Assembly (NCBI GenBank): GCA_963813195.1
Contig: CAWEYC010000039.1
Span: 51,579 to 115,578 of the forward strand
DNA length: 64,000 nt
Direction: 5' to 3'
Source of the DNA: an uncultured Alphaproteobacteria bacterium
GTDB lineage: Bacteria > Pseudomonadota > Alphaproteobacteria > Rhizobiales > Beijerinckiaceae
Both the position numbers and the translations under genes were made by a program. Below the pieces are notes generated by a model that saw only the letters and a program-made list of their open reading frames with translations, was not told where the DNA came from and did not search any database. Shown piece by piece: positions 8,966 to 21,273 of this stretch. Each line of letters begins with the position of its first letter. Within the stretch, counting starts at the first letter, position 1.

Positions 8966-11817
8966 ATGCCCAGCGACCTTAGTCAGAATGTGCGAGGCAC
9001 AATCGAATTCGGTCCATTCCGACTGCGCTCCGCCGAACGGCAGATCGAACGATCTGGGGCGCCGGTGCGGCTCGGGGGCCGTGCCATGGATATCCTCATC
9101 GCCCTGGCCGAGCGTGCTGGCGATGTGGTCAGTCACCGCGAACTAATCGACCGGGCGTGGCCGAACCTCATAGTGGAGGAAGCCAACCTGCGGTTCCAAA
9201 TCGCCGCGCTACGCAAAACTCTTGGCGACGGTCAGGATGGCGCGCGCTACGTGATTAACGTCCCCGGGCGTGGCTATAGTCTCGTCAGCCCCACGACACG
9301 TTCCACAACTGGCGCGTCGCCGCTAAGCCTAGAAGGCGCTATCCATGGCCTTCCCTCGCTCCGCAAACGGATGGTGGGACGCGACGCTGCGGTTCAGGCC
9401 ATCGCGGCGCAACTGGCGAGCCAGCGTTTTGTAACCATCGTAGGCCCTGGCGGCATCGGCAAGACAACCGTCGCCGTTTCGATAGGCCACGCTGTCGCGG
9501 CCGACTATCGCGGGGTCTGCTTTGTCGATTTGGGGCCGCTCGCTGAACCCCGCCTCGTGCCAAGTCTGGTCGCAACAGCGCTCGGGTTCGTCGTCCAGTC
9601 CAACAACCTGATCGCCAGCCTGATCGGATTCCTGCGGGACAAGCGGATGCTTCTGATCCTGGATGGCTGCGAGCACGTGATCGAGACGGTGGCTGCCTTC
9701 GCAGAGGCGATCTACGAGCAGGCAGAGGGCATCCATATTCTCACGACAAGTCGTGAGGCGCTACGGATCGAGGGCGAGCACGTACATCGTCTGTCCTCGC
9801 TGGAATGTCCACCGATGGGCGACATGCTTGCTGCAGCTGAGTCACTCGCATTCCCCGCGGCGCAGCTCTTTTCAGATCGGCTCAGCGCAAACTCCGACGG
9901 TCTTGCGATTCGGGATTATGACGCGGCGGTCGTGGCGCGCATCTGCCGAAAACTCGACGGAATTCCTCTCGCCATCGAGTTGGCGGCGGCCCGAGTAAAC
10001 GCTCACGGAATCGAAGGGGTCGATGCAATGCTCGACAGCACGCTGAGCCTCCTGTGGCAAGGCAGGCGCACCGCCTCACCGCGCCACCAAACGCTGAACG
10101 CCGCGCTCGACTGGAGCTACGACCTGCTCGTCGAAAACGAGCGAGCCATCCTGCGGCGTCTCGCCGTATTTGCAGGTTCGTTCAGCCTCGAGGCTGTTCA
10201 GGCGCTCGCTCGAGACGGCGGCGCCGAGGCGGGAGAAATCGCCGAGGTTGTAGCGAATCTCGTCGCCAAGTCGCTGATCGAGTCCGACGCCGGGGGCGGT
10301 AGGGGCGTGCGCTACCGTTTGCTAGACACCACTCGCACTTATTTGCGCGCGAAAATGGCCGACGCTGGCGAGGCAGACGCTGTGGCTCGGCGTCATGCGG
10401 AATTCTTCTGCAAGCTCCTCGAGCGGATCAGCGCGCAGGCCCCAGCCCTTTCGGAAGCCCCAGGATTAAGTGCACTGCAGCGAGCACCTCGGCAATGTCC
10501 GCTCAGCGCTGGAATGGGGCTTTCTCAGAGCGCGGCGACGTCGTTCTTGGAGTTGCCTTGGCGGCGGCTGCGGCGCCGTTGTTCCTGGAAATGTCGCAGT
10601 TGACGGAATGCCGATACTGGACCGAAAGGGCTCTCGCAGCGCATGCAGCCTCGGGGAACATACGCAGAGAAATGGAGTTGCAAGCCTCGCTCGGGATGTC
10701 GCTGATGTTCACCGAAGGTAACAGCGCCGCCGCCCTCCACACGTTGAAGCGGGCGATGGAGTTAGCCGAGAGGCTCGGCGAACTGAGCTCGCAACTGCGG
10801 CTGATCGGCTCACTTCATCTCTTCCACACCCGCATCGCCGACTTCCGCGGCTCAGTCGGGCTAGCTGAACGCGCCCGTGATGTCGCGGTCAAGATGGGGG
10901 ATCCAACCGGGTTGGCTGTAGCCGAATGGATGTTGGGCGTGTCTCATCACTTGGCTGGAGATCAATCGAACGCCCTCATCCATTGTTGGAGTGCGATCGC
11001 ACGCCCCGCCATCTCCATGCATCCCGATGTCATGCGTTTTGGATTCGATCATCGTGTACGTGCGCTTTGCGCCTTGACCCGGGCGCAGTGGTTGCGCGGT
11101 CATGCAGACGAAGCAGCGGACACGGCGCGCTATACCGTTCGCGAGGCCGAGGCTCACGCACATCAAGTAACCTTGTGCATCTCGTTGATCTACACGATGT
11201 TCGTGTTTCTCTGGAGAGGTGACTGGTCAGAGGCTGAAGCGAACGTTGAGCGATTGATCTCGGAAACGGAGAGACACTCGCTCCACCCATACCACGCGGT
11301 GGCCCTGGGTCTCAGAGGCGAACTCGCCGTGCGGCGAGGCGACGCGGCAGCGGCGATTCCGTTGTTGCTGGGCTGCCTGCAAGCCTTGCGTTCCGAGCGA
11401 CACGAAGTCCTGACGGCAGTATTCACAAGCGACCTGGCTGAGGCCATGGCGATGACCGGAAGGCTCGACGAGGCGTTGGTGACAATGGACGCGGCAGTGT
11501 CTGAAGTTGAAGGCAGGGGTGGCTCATTCGCTCTGCCGGAAATGTTGCGTCTCAAAGGCGATCTCTTGCTCAAAGGGGAGTCCGCGAAGGCAGTTGAGGC
11601 GGAGAACTGTTTTCGTCGATCGCTCGAACTCGCGCGCCGGCAAGGCGCTTTGGGTTGGGAGGTACGCAGCGCCACCTCGATGGCCCGGCTTCGGGCTAGC
11701 CAGGGCCGCCGTGCGGAAGCCCGCGAAGAGCTTGCCTCGGTATTTGGAAGGTTTGCCCAAGGCAAAGAGACGGTTGACCTCCGCGCAGCGGGCAAACTCC
11801 TCAAGGCGCTCGGCTGA
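8966..11817 (+). pseudogene. OmpR-type wHTH + P-loop ATPase + TPR transcriptional regulator, two frameshifts near 10470-10520
   Basis: wHTH (NLRFQIAALRKTLG...NVPGRGY), Walker A GPGGIGKT, LDGIPLAIELAA. The conserved EHLGNVRSALEW sits in a second frame and the TPR tail in a third. Confidence 0.8.
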
Positions 11818-11895
11818 ATCCGGAGACGTCGGCGAACTCACTGGCGCCGTCGCCGGGAAATCGTGTGGCCACCCCCGGCTTGCAAGGGCGTTCAC

Positions 11896-11929
11896 ACAGA
11901 GTCTTACAGAAACGTGCACTCTTACAGAA
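11896..11929 (+). promoter_or_regulatory. Direct repeats TCTTACAGAA upstream of catalase (candidate operator)
   Basis: Exact 10-mer at 11902 and 11920, plus a partial ACAGA at 11896, about 130 bp before the katA ATG. Confidence 0.45.
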
Positions 11930-12058
11930 CCTTGCAACGTTTCGCATGCCGGTCAGCTCACTCGGGTTCAGAGTGGCTGAGGCCGGCACGGCGCCCTTTC
12001 GGTAGCCGCGTTCGGCCTGTCTGCGTCCACTCAGCGGCGCCCATTCAAGGACTGTCCT

Positions 12059-13528
12059 ATGACCGACAAACGTCAGTACCTGACCCATGCGACGGGAGCG
12101 CCCGTCATCGACAATCTGAACATCCAGACGGCCGGCCGGCGGGGCCCCGCGCTGCTCCAGGACATCTGGCTGATCGAGAAGCTGGCCCACTTCGACCGCG
12201 AGGTCATCCCGGAGCGTCGCATGCACGCCAAGGGCGCCGGCGCTCACGGGACCTTCACCGTCACGCACGACATTTCTCGCTACACAAAGGCCAAGATCTT
12301 TTCCGAGATCGGGAAACAGACCCCAATGATCGCCCGCTTCTCGACGGTGGCCGGCGAGCGCGGCGCCGCGGACGCGGAGCGCGACATTCGCGGCTTCGCG
12401 CTGAAGTTCTACACCGAGGAGGGCAACTGGGACGTCGTCGGCAACAATACGCCGGTGTTCTTCTTCCGCGACCCGCTGCGCTTTCCGGACCTGAACCATG
12501 CGATCAAGCGCGACCCGCGCACCGGCATGCGCAGCGCCGACAACAACTGGGACTTCTGGACCCTGTTGCCGGAGGCTTTGCACCAAGTCACGATCATCAT
12601 GAGCGATCGGGGCATCCCGCGCAGCTTTCGTCACATGCACGGCTTCGGCAGCCATACTTACAGCTTCATCAACGCCGCCAACGAGCGGACCTGGGTGAAA
12701 TTCCACTTCCGGACCCAGCAGGGCATCCAGAACCTGACGGACGCTGAGGCGGAAGCCCTGGTCGGAAAGGATCGCGAGACGCACCAGCGCGACCTCTACG
12801 AGAGCATCGAGCGCGGCGATTTTCCACGCTGGACCCTCTTCATACAAGTGATGACCGATGCACAGGCAAAGGCGTTCCCGTTCAACCCATTCGATCTGAC
12901 CAAGGTCTGGCCGAAAGGCGATTTCCCACTCATCGAGGTCGGATACTTCGAGCTGAACCGGAACTCGGAGAACTTTTTCGCGGAGATTGAACAGGTCGCA
13001 TTCTCGCCTGCTAACATCGTGCCGGGAATCAGCTTCTCGCCCGACAAAGTGTTGCATGGGCGCCTTTTCTCCTACGGAGACGCGCAACGCTACCGACTGG
13101 GCGTCAACTTCAACCACATTCCCGTCAACGCGCCGAAGTGCCCGTTCCAAAGCTACCACCGTGACGGGGCTATGCGTACGGATGGAAATCTGGGCCGCAC
13201 GCCGACCTACTTCCCGAACAGCTTAGGCGAGTGGACGGATCAGCCGGAACTCGAGGAGCCGCCGCTGGAGATCGAGGGCTCGGCCGCGCATTGGGATCAC
13301 CGTGTCGATGACGATCACTATCAGCAGCCGGGCGATCTGTTCCGAAAGATGAATTCGGCCCAGCGGCAGGCGCTGTTCGACAATACGGCTCGCGCGGTTG
13401 GCGGGGCCGCCCTACCTATCCAGAAGCGTCACATTGCGAACTGCGCGAAGGCCGATCCCGACTACGGCGCCGGCGTCGCGAAGGCGCTGGGCGTCAGTTT
13501 CAAACAACCGTCGATCGCCGCTGAGTAG
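12059..13528 (+). CDS. katA: Monofunctional heme catalase (small subunit)
   Basis: [15 protein letters not shown] active-site signature and RLFSYGDAQ proximal heme-ligand signature, 489 aa. Confidence 0.97.
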   Translation: MTDKRQYLTHATGAPVIDNLNIQTAGRRGPALLQDIWLIEKLAHFDREVIPERRMHAKGAGAHGTFTVTHDISRYTKAKIFSEIGKQTPMIARFSTVAGERGAADAERDIRGFALKFYTEEGNWDVVGNNTPVFFFRDPLRFPDLNHAIKRDPRTGMRSADNNWDFWTLLPEALHQVTIIMSDRGIPRSFRHMHGFGSHTYSFINAANERTWVKFHFRTQQGIQNLTDAEAEALVGKDRETHQRDLYESIERGDFPRWTLFIQVMTDAQAKAFPFNPFDLTKVWPKGDFPLIEVGYFELNRNSENFFAEIEQVAFSPANIVPGISFSPDKVLHGRLFSYGDAQRYRLGVNFNHIPVNAPKCPFQSYHRDGAMRTDGNLGRTPTYFPNSLGEWTDQPELEEPPLEIEGSAAHWDHRVDDDHYQQPGDLFRKMNSAQRQALFDNTARAVGGAALPIQKRHIANCAKADPDYGAGVAKALGVSFKQPSIAAE

Positions 13529-13652
13529 CGGGCGCCCGCTTTGCCGGCCGGCGGCCGCCCTTCCCCAGCCGTCGGCCACTCCAAACCAACGTATTGCTCC
13601 TTCGCGCAAACCTGATCGCGCTGCCCGATCAGCCTCATTTCCGGAGTCAACG

Positions 13653-14384
13653 ATGTCCAATCAGATCGCACCCAAGCTCCTCGCGGAGTTCATCGGCACC
13701 TTCGCCTTCGTTTTCATCGGCGCCGGCGCCGCGGCCGTAGTCGGCGACAGCGTCGGCTTGCCCGGCATCACCGCGATCGCCTTCGCCCATGGCTTGACCA
13801 TCATGGTATTTGCCTTCGCCTATGGCGCTGTGTCGGGGGGCCATATGAACCCTGCGGTTACTGTCGGCGTCCTCGCCGCTGGCGCGATGCGCGCCGATGA
13901 GGCTGCCGGCTATATCATTAGCCAGCTCCTTGGCGGTGTCGTCGGGGCGTTCTTCCTGTCCGCCATGCTCGGCGGCGCCCATACCGGCCTCGGCACTCCT
14001 GCTCTCGCGCACAACCTCGCTCTGGGCGCCTCCACACTCACGATCGCGCCTAGCATCGGATTTCTTATTGAGGCCGTACTGGCCTTTTTTCTCGTCACAG
14101 TCGTCCTCAGCACCGCCGTCGCGGGACGCGCCGGTAACCTCGCGCCATTGGCGATCGGAATGACGCTGACCCTCAACATCATCATGGGCGGCGCGCTCAC
14201 GGGCGCGGCGTTCAACCCGGCGCGGGCGCTTGGCCCGATGGTCGCGACCGGAAACTTCACCAATGTCTGGCTGTACATGGCAGCCCCCATCGTGGGCGCC
14301 ATCGTCGCCGCCGTCCTCCATACGAGCCTCGTCCGTTTGGCCCATGAGCCGACGGCGGCGGCCGCCTCCGCCCCGGCGGAGTAA
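13653..14384 (+). CDS. MIP-family aquaporin
   Basis: Two NPA motifs (SGGHMNPAVT, AFNPARALGP) and six hydrophobic helices. GGAG RBS before ATG 13653. Confidence 0.95.
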   Translation: MSNQIAPKLLAEFIGTFAFVFIGAGAAAVVGDSVGLPGITAIAFAHGLTIMVFAFAYGAVSGGHMNPAVTVGVLAAGAMRADEAAGYIISQLLGGVVGAFFLSAMLGGAHTGLGTPALAHNLALGASTLTIAPSIGFLIEAVLAFFLVTVVLSTAVAGRAGNLAPLAIGMTLTLNIIMGGALTGAAFNPARALGPMVATGNFTNVWLYMAAPIVGAIVAAVLHTSLVRLAHEPTAAAASAPAE

Positions 14385-14559
14385 ACCCTTCGCGTGGGGG
14401 CCGCGCAGGTTTTACAAATACGATCCGGGCGGGTCCGTCCGAATCGCCTGCGCGGCCCTACGTTGCGCTAGCTCCCGAAAGATCTCGTCGGTCCGACCCT
14501 CGACGCGCGCTCTGGACCCGGCGCCTTTGGAGCGTCGAGGATCGTCGGGCCCGGACGTC

Positions 14560-15812
14560 CAGGGCAACGAGTCCAGGTTAACGGGGCGTGATCTGTAGCA
14601 TTTCGGTGAGGTAGTCCGGGCTCCAGGAAGCGACTTTGCGGCGTCGCTTGATGGCGCGCTTGTCCTTGGCCTGTCGGACGAGATTGAAAGCGAAGTGGCG
14701 CACGACGGCCATGTTGTGAGCGCCGTGGCCGATCCTGAGACGCGAGAGGTCCTCTTTGAAGGTGACGTCGAGCACCCAATGAACGCGGTTCTCGATGCCC
14801 CAATGGCTCCGCGCCGCATCGGCGAAAGCCTCGGCCGAGAGAGGGCGCGAGGAGATGTAGTAGCGCCGCTGGAGGCTGACATTGTCTCTTTTCTCGATCT
14901 GGGTTTCGATCATGCCGATGACGGCCAGCTTCGGAAAGCGCCTTGCGCCGGGAAAGGCGCGGTCCGAACCCAGCCAGTCGACCGATCTTGAGACCTTGTG
15001 CGTGCAAATCTCCAGGCGGCCATGGGCTTTGTCGAGGCTCTGGGCAATTCCTGCTCGGGCGCGTCGGCGAAATAGCTTTCGGCCTCGGCCCTCAGCGTCG
15101 GCTGGTTCTCCTTGACCGGCAGGAGATAGTCGGCGCCCGCCGCGACGATCGCTTCGGCGATGGCGGGATTGCAGGCGATGGCGTCGATCGAGACGAGCGC
15201 GCCGTCAAGCTCCAATTGATCGAGCAGCTCGGGGATGACGACGATCTCGTTCTCCTTCTCGTCCACCGCCTCCTGGGCCAGAACCAGGCGGGCATTGGTG
15301 GCGTAGGCCGAGACAAGATGAAGCGGTCCCTTGCCGATCTTCTTGTTATGGCTGCGCCGGGAGGTCTTGCCGTCAATCGCCACCAACTCCGGACGGCCCG
15401 GCCAGCAATCGGCGACCCAGGCCCGGAAAGCGCCCGAAAAGACCTGAGGATCGATCCGGTTCATCAGCGAGCGCAGCCAGTCGGCGCAGGGAATGCCGAA
15501 GTGGTAATCGGAAACGCCGCGTAGGAACTTCAGGTTCGCCTCGCCCCAGTCGACGATGTCGTCGCAGTTGGCGATCGTGGCGCAGACCGTCAAGAACAGC
15601 ACCTCCCGCAGCGGGTAGGCGACGCGCCACGGCTCGCGCACATCCTCGATCGCCGCGAAATGCTCCAAAAGCAGCGCCAGACGCGGCTTGGGCAGATTCC
15701 AATCGTCCATGAGGCCCTCCCGAATCAAACCGATCCGAGAGAATCACCGCCGCACAATCAGCAAAAGCCCACCTCAACCCATAATCGGCGTTAACCCGAG
15801 TTCGGAGCCCTG
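14560..15812 (-). mobile_element. ISAs1-family insertion sequence, decayed
   Basis: 24-bp imperfect terminal IRs CAGGGCAACGAGTCCAGGTTAACG / CAGGGCTCCGAACTCGGGTTAACG. Flanks ccggacgtc / gcggatgtc match 7 of 9 (old TSD). Length 1253 bp. Confidence 0.9.
14578..15710 (-). pseudogene. ISAs1 transposase, frameshifted near 15040
   Basis: IDGKTSRRS, NEIVVIPELL, IDAIACN, HWGIENRVHWVLDVTFKED motifs split over two frames. HGRLE is out of frame. Confidence 0.9.
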
Positions 15813-16271
15813 GCGGATGTCCGATTTGTTTGTATACCGGCGCGATTGAGGCCGAGTGAGACACACCGTGACATGACCCTTTGCCGCCGAACTTTCGTCA
15901 CAGAATTGCCTCGCAACTCACGCCTTCTTGGTCGCATCTCGTGCGAGTGGCGTATCGTGAACGCCCCGCCAGCCCGGATGAACGGCGGCGGGGCGTTTCT
16001 TTCGTAGCGTCCGCCTTGCGCGCTTTTTCGAGCGCTCGGCGCGGGAAATAGGCCCGACCTTCGCATTTCAGTTTAGTCTTCCGCGCCCCCGCAAAGTTTG
16101 GATGGCTGACGGCCCGGTTGGGGCGTGCGGATATTCGAACCCCTCGGGACCTTGCGCGTCTCGAACCCCGCCGCGGGCGCCAGGAGACCGGCCGCCGGGG
16201 AGACGCGGCGCCCGGTTCGCTTTCGCGTTTGCGGTGGCTTCAGTTAAAGCGGCTTCAATGACGGGGGGCGA

Positions 16272-16679
16272 TTAGCAGTAGTCGCGCCCGCAATCGCCAG
16301 GGCCGTAACCCCATCCTGGACCATAGTAGCCAGGTCCGTAACCGTAGCCGTAGTAGCCGGGCCCGTAGCCGTAGCCAGGTCCGTAATAGCCGTAATAACC
16401 GGAGCCAATGACAGCGCCGGCCGCCAGTCCTCCAAGTACTGCGGCCGGGCCCCATCCGTAACCACCCCAACCCCATCCAGGACCGCGCCAGCCATAACCA
16501 CCGCGCCAGCCATAGCCGCCGCCGCGCCAGAAGACCCGATCGATGTACGAAGATACGACTGGCTTTTGCAATGACGGCTCAGAAAGGGTCAGGGCCGATG
16601 CTGGGCTCAATGAGAGACAAATCACCGCGCCGTCAGTTAGGGCGGCGGCCGAACGAGTTGATAGGCCTCGAAGGGACAT
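16272..16679 (-). CDS. Gly/Tyr/Trp-rich low-complexity exported protein
   Basis: Strong GGAGG RBS, signal-like N-terminus, RGGYGW and YGPGY repeats, 135 aa. Confidence 0.7.
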   Translation of the reverse strand: MSLRGLSTRSAAALTDGAVICLSLSPASALTLSEPSLQKPVVSSYIDRVFWRGGGYGWRGGYGWRGPGWGWGGYGWGPAAVLGGLAAGAVIGSGYYGYYGPGYGYGPGYYGYGYGPGYYGPGWGYGPGDCGRDYC

Positions 16680-16959
16680 CACGTCGCCTCCTCCGTATTG
16701 CCCCAGCATCCAAATCCTAGCACCGTCGAAGTGAATGGCCAACGAAGTCCAAGACGAGCGCGGCGCCTGGCTGGGTAAGCGCTCCCGCGGCCGTTTTTCC
16801 CGGGGAGGGGGCATCGATGGCAGCGCTATATTCTGGGAGGGATCCGCAAATGTGCGACCTTCGGCGACATAAAGAGGAATGCGGCTGGCCCCTGTGCTTA
16901 ATGCTGTTTGTAGGGCGGCCCGCTAGTATTGTGTTATTTCAATGCGTTGCATGACGCGC

Positions 16960-17049
16960 TGGCGGAGCGGGTGAGATTCGAACTCACGGTGGACTTGCGC
17001 CCACGGCGGTTTTCAAGACCGCTGCCTTAAACCACTCGGCCACCGCTCC
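16960..17049 (-). tRNA. tRNA-Ser (anticodon UGA)
   Basis: GGAGCGGTGGCCGAGTGGTTTAAGGCAGCGGTCTTGAAAACCGC...GAGTTCGAATCTCACCCGCTCCGCCA, 90 nt with long variable arm and encoded CCA. Confidence 0.97.
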
Positions 17050-17078
17050 GGCGCTTTCGCATAGCCCAATCCGCGAGG

Positions 17079-20205
<3,127 letters not shown>

Positions 20206-20581
20206 CGTGTCGGCATGCCACACAGCGGGCCGCCCCGGCAAGGAGATGTAGGAGTTCACGGCCTAGCAGCGAGCATTCTCTCTGCCGCCGCGCCAGTCGA
20301 CGGCCGGTCCGTCGGCGCTCTCGAAGATCTGCGGCGCCTCGCCGCGCTTCCCGCTCGGCTTTCTGGCCGACCGGCAGGTCCCCTAGACGATTGGCGGGAG
20401 TGGGGCGCGCAACCGAGCGAAGCAAGTCCATTGTCACGCACTTGTCATCGGCAAGAACGCGTCGGGGAACTGACCGCGCACTCAGTCGGAGCTACAATCT
20501 CAAAGGCGCCGCCACGGAAGCGATGTGCGGTCGCGCCCAGCGCCGTGTGCATCGACCGCAGCCTTTTTCGTGGAGATCGCC

Positions 20582-21193
20582 ATGTCTTTGATCCGTTTCG
20601 GCGTCGCCGTGATGGCGCTCCTCTTGGCCGGTGGAGCGCTGGCCCAAGATGCGCCACGTGTCGCAATTCGCGGAACGATCGAATCCATCTCGGGCGACGG
20701 CGCGACGCTCGACGTTCGCTCTCGAGCCGGCGAACGCACCGAATTGCGATTGAAGGCGCCGCGCAGGGTCATCGCAGTCATTCCCGCCAAGCTCGCCGAC
20801 ATCAAGCCCGCCTTGTTCATCGGCGTCGCGGCGTTGCCCGGGGCCGACGGCGCGTTGAGGGCGATGGAGGTTCATATTTTTCCCGAGACGATGCGGGGCG
20901 TCGGCGAGGGCTTCCGCCCCTTCGATCTCGCGCCGGGCAGCACGATGACCAACGGCGCGGTCAACGCGAGGATCGAGGGCGTCGACGGGCCCAAACTCAC
21001 GGTGACATACAAGGGAGGCTCCCAGACCATCCTCGTCGACAGATCCACGCCGATTGTTACTTTCGCTCCGGGCGCGCCCGGCGATCTAAAGGCCGGCGCG
21101 GCGATCGTCGCGCGAGGCGTCAGGGCGGCGGACGGGGTCTATGAGACGAGCCTCATCCAGGTCGGCAGGGACGGGCTGACGCCGCCAATGTGA
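20582..21193 (+). CDS. Conserved exported hypothetical protein (beta-rich, DUF5666-like)
   Basis: Signal peptide (ALA-Q), RGTIESI, EVHIFPETMRGVGEG. GGAG RBS. Confidence 0.7.
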   Translation: MSLIRFGVAVMALLLAGGALAQDAPRVAIRGTIESISGDGATLDVRSRAGERTELRLKAPRRVIAVIPAKLADIKPALFIGVAALPGADGALRAMEVHIFPETMRGVGEGFRPFDLAPGSTMTNGAVNARIEGVDGPKLTVTYKGGSQTILVDRSTPIVTFAPGAPGDLKAGAAIVARGVRAADGVYETSLIQVGRDGLTPPM

Positions 21194-21273
21194 CGTGGCG
21201 GCTAAAACAGCGCCGACCCTCTCCGTCTATTCCCCGGCTTTCGCGCCGGCCTAATCGGCGGGTATAACGCGTC

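Noticed and set aside
11801-13159. 452-aa minus-strand ORF
   Set aside because: Antisense shadow of catalase.
14398-14560. 6S RNA, tmRNA or SRP RNA
   Set aside because: No conserved motifs of those RNAs could be recognised; kept only as an unidentified structured element.
14578-15728. Programmed frameshift in the ISAs1 transposase
   Set aside because: ISAs1 elements normally have one ORF, no slippery heptamer is visible, and other decay signs are present.
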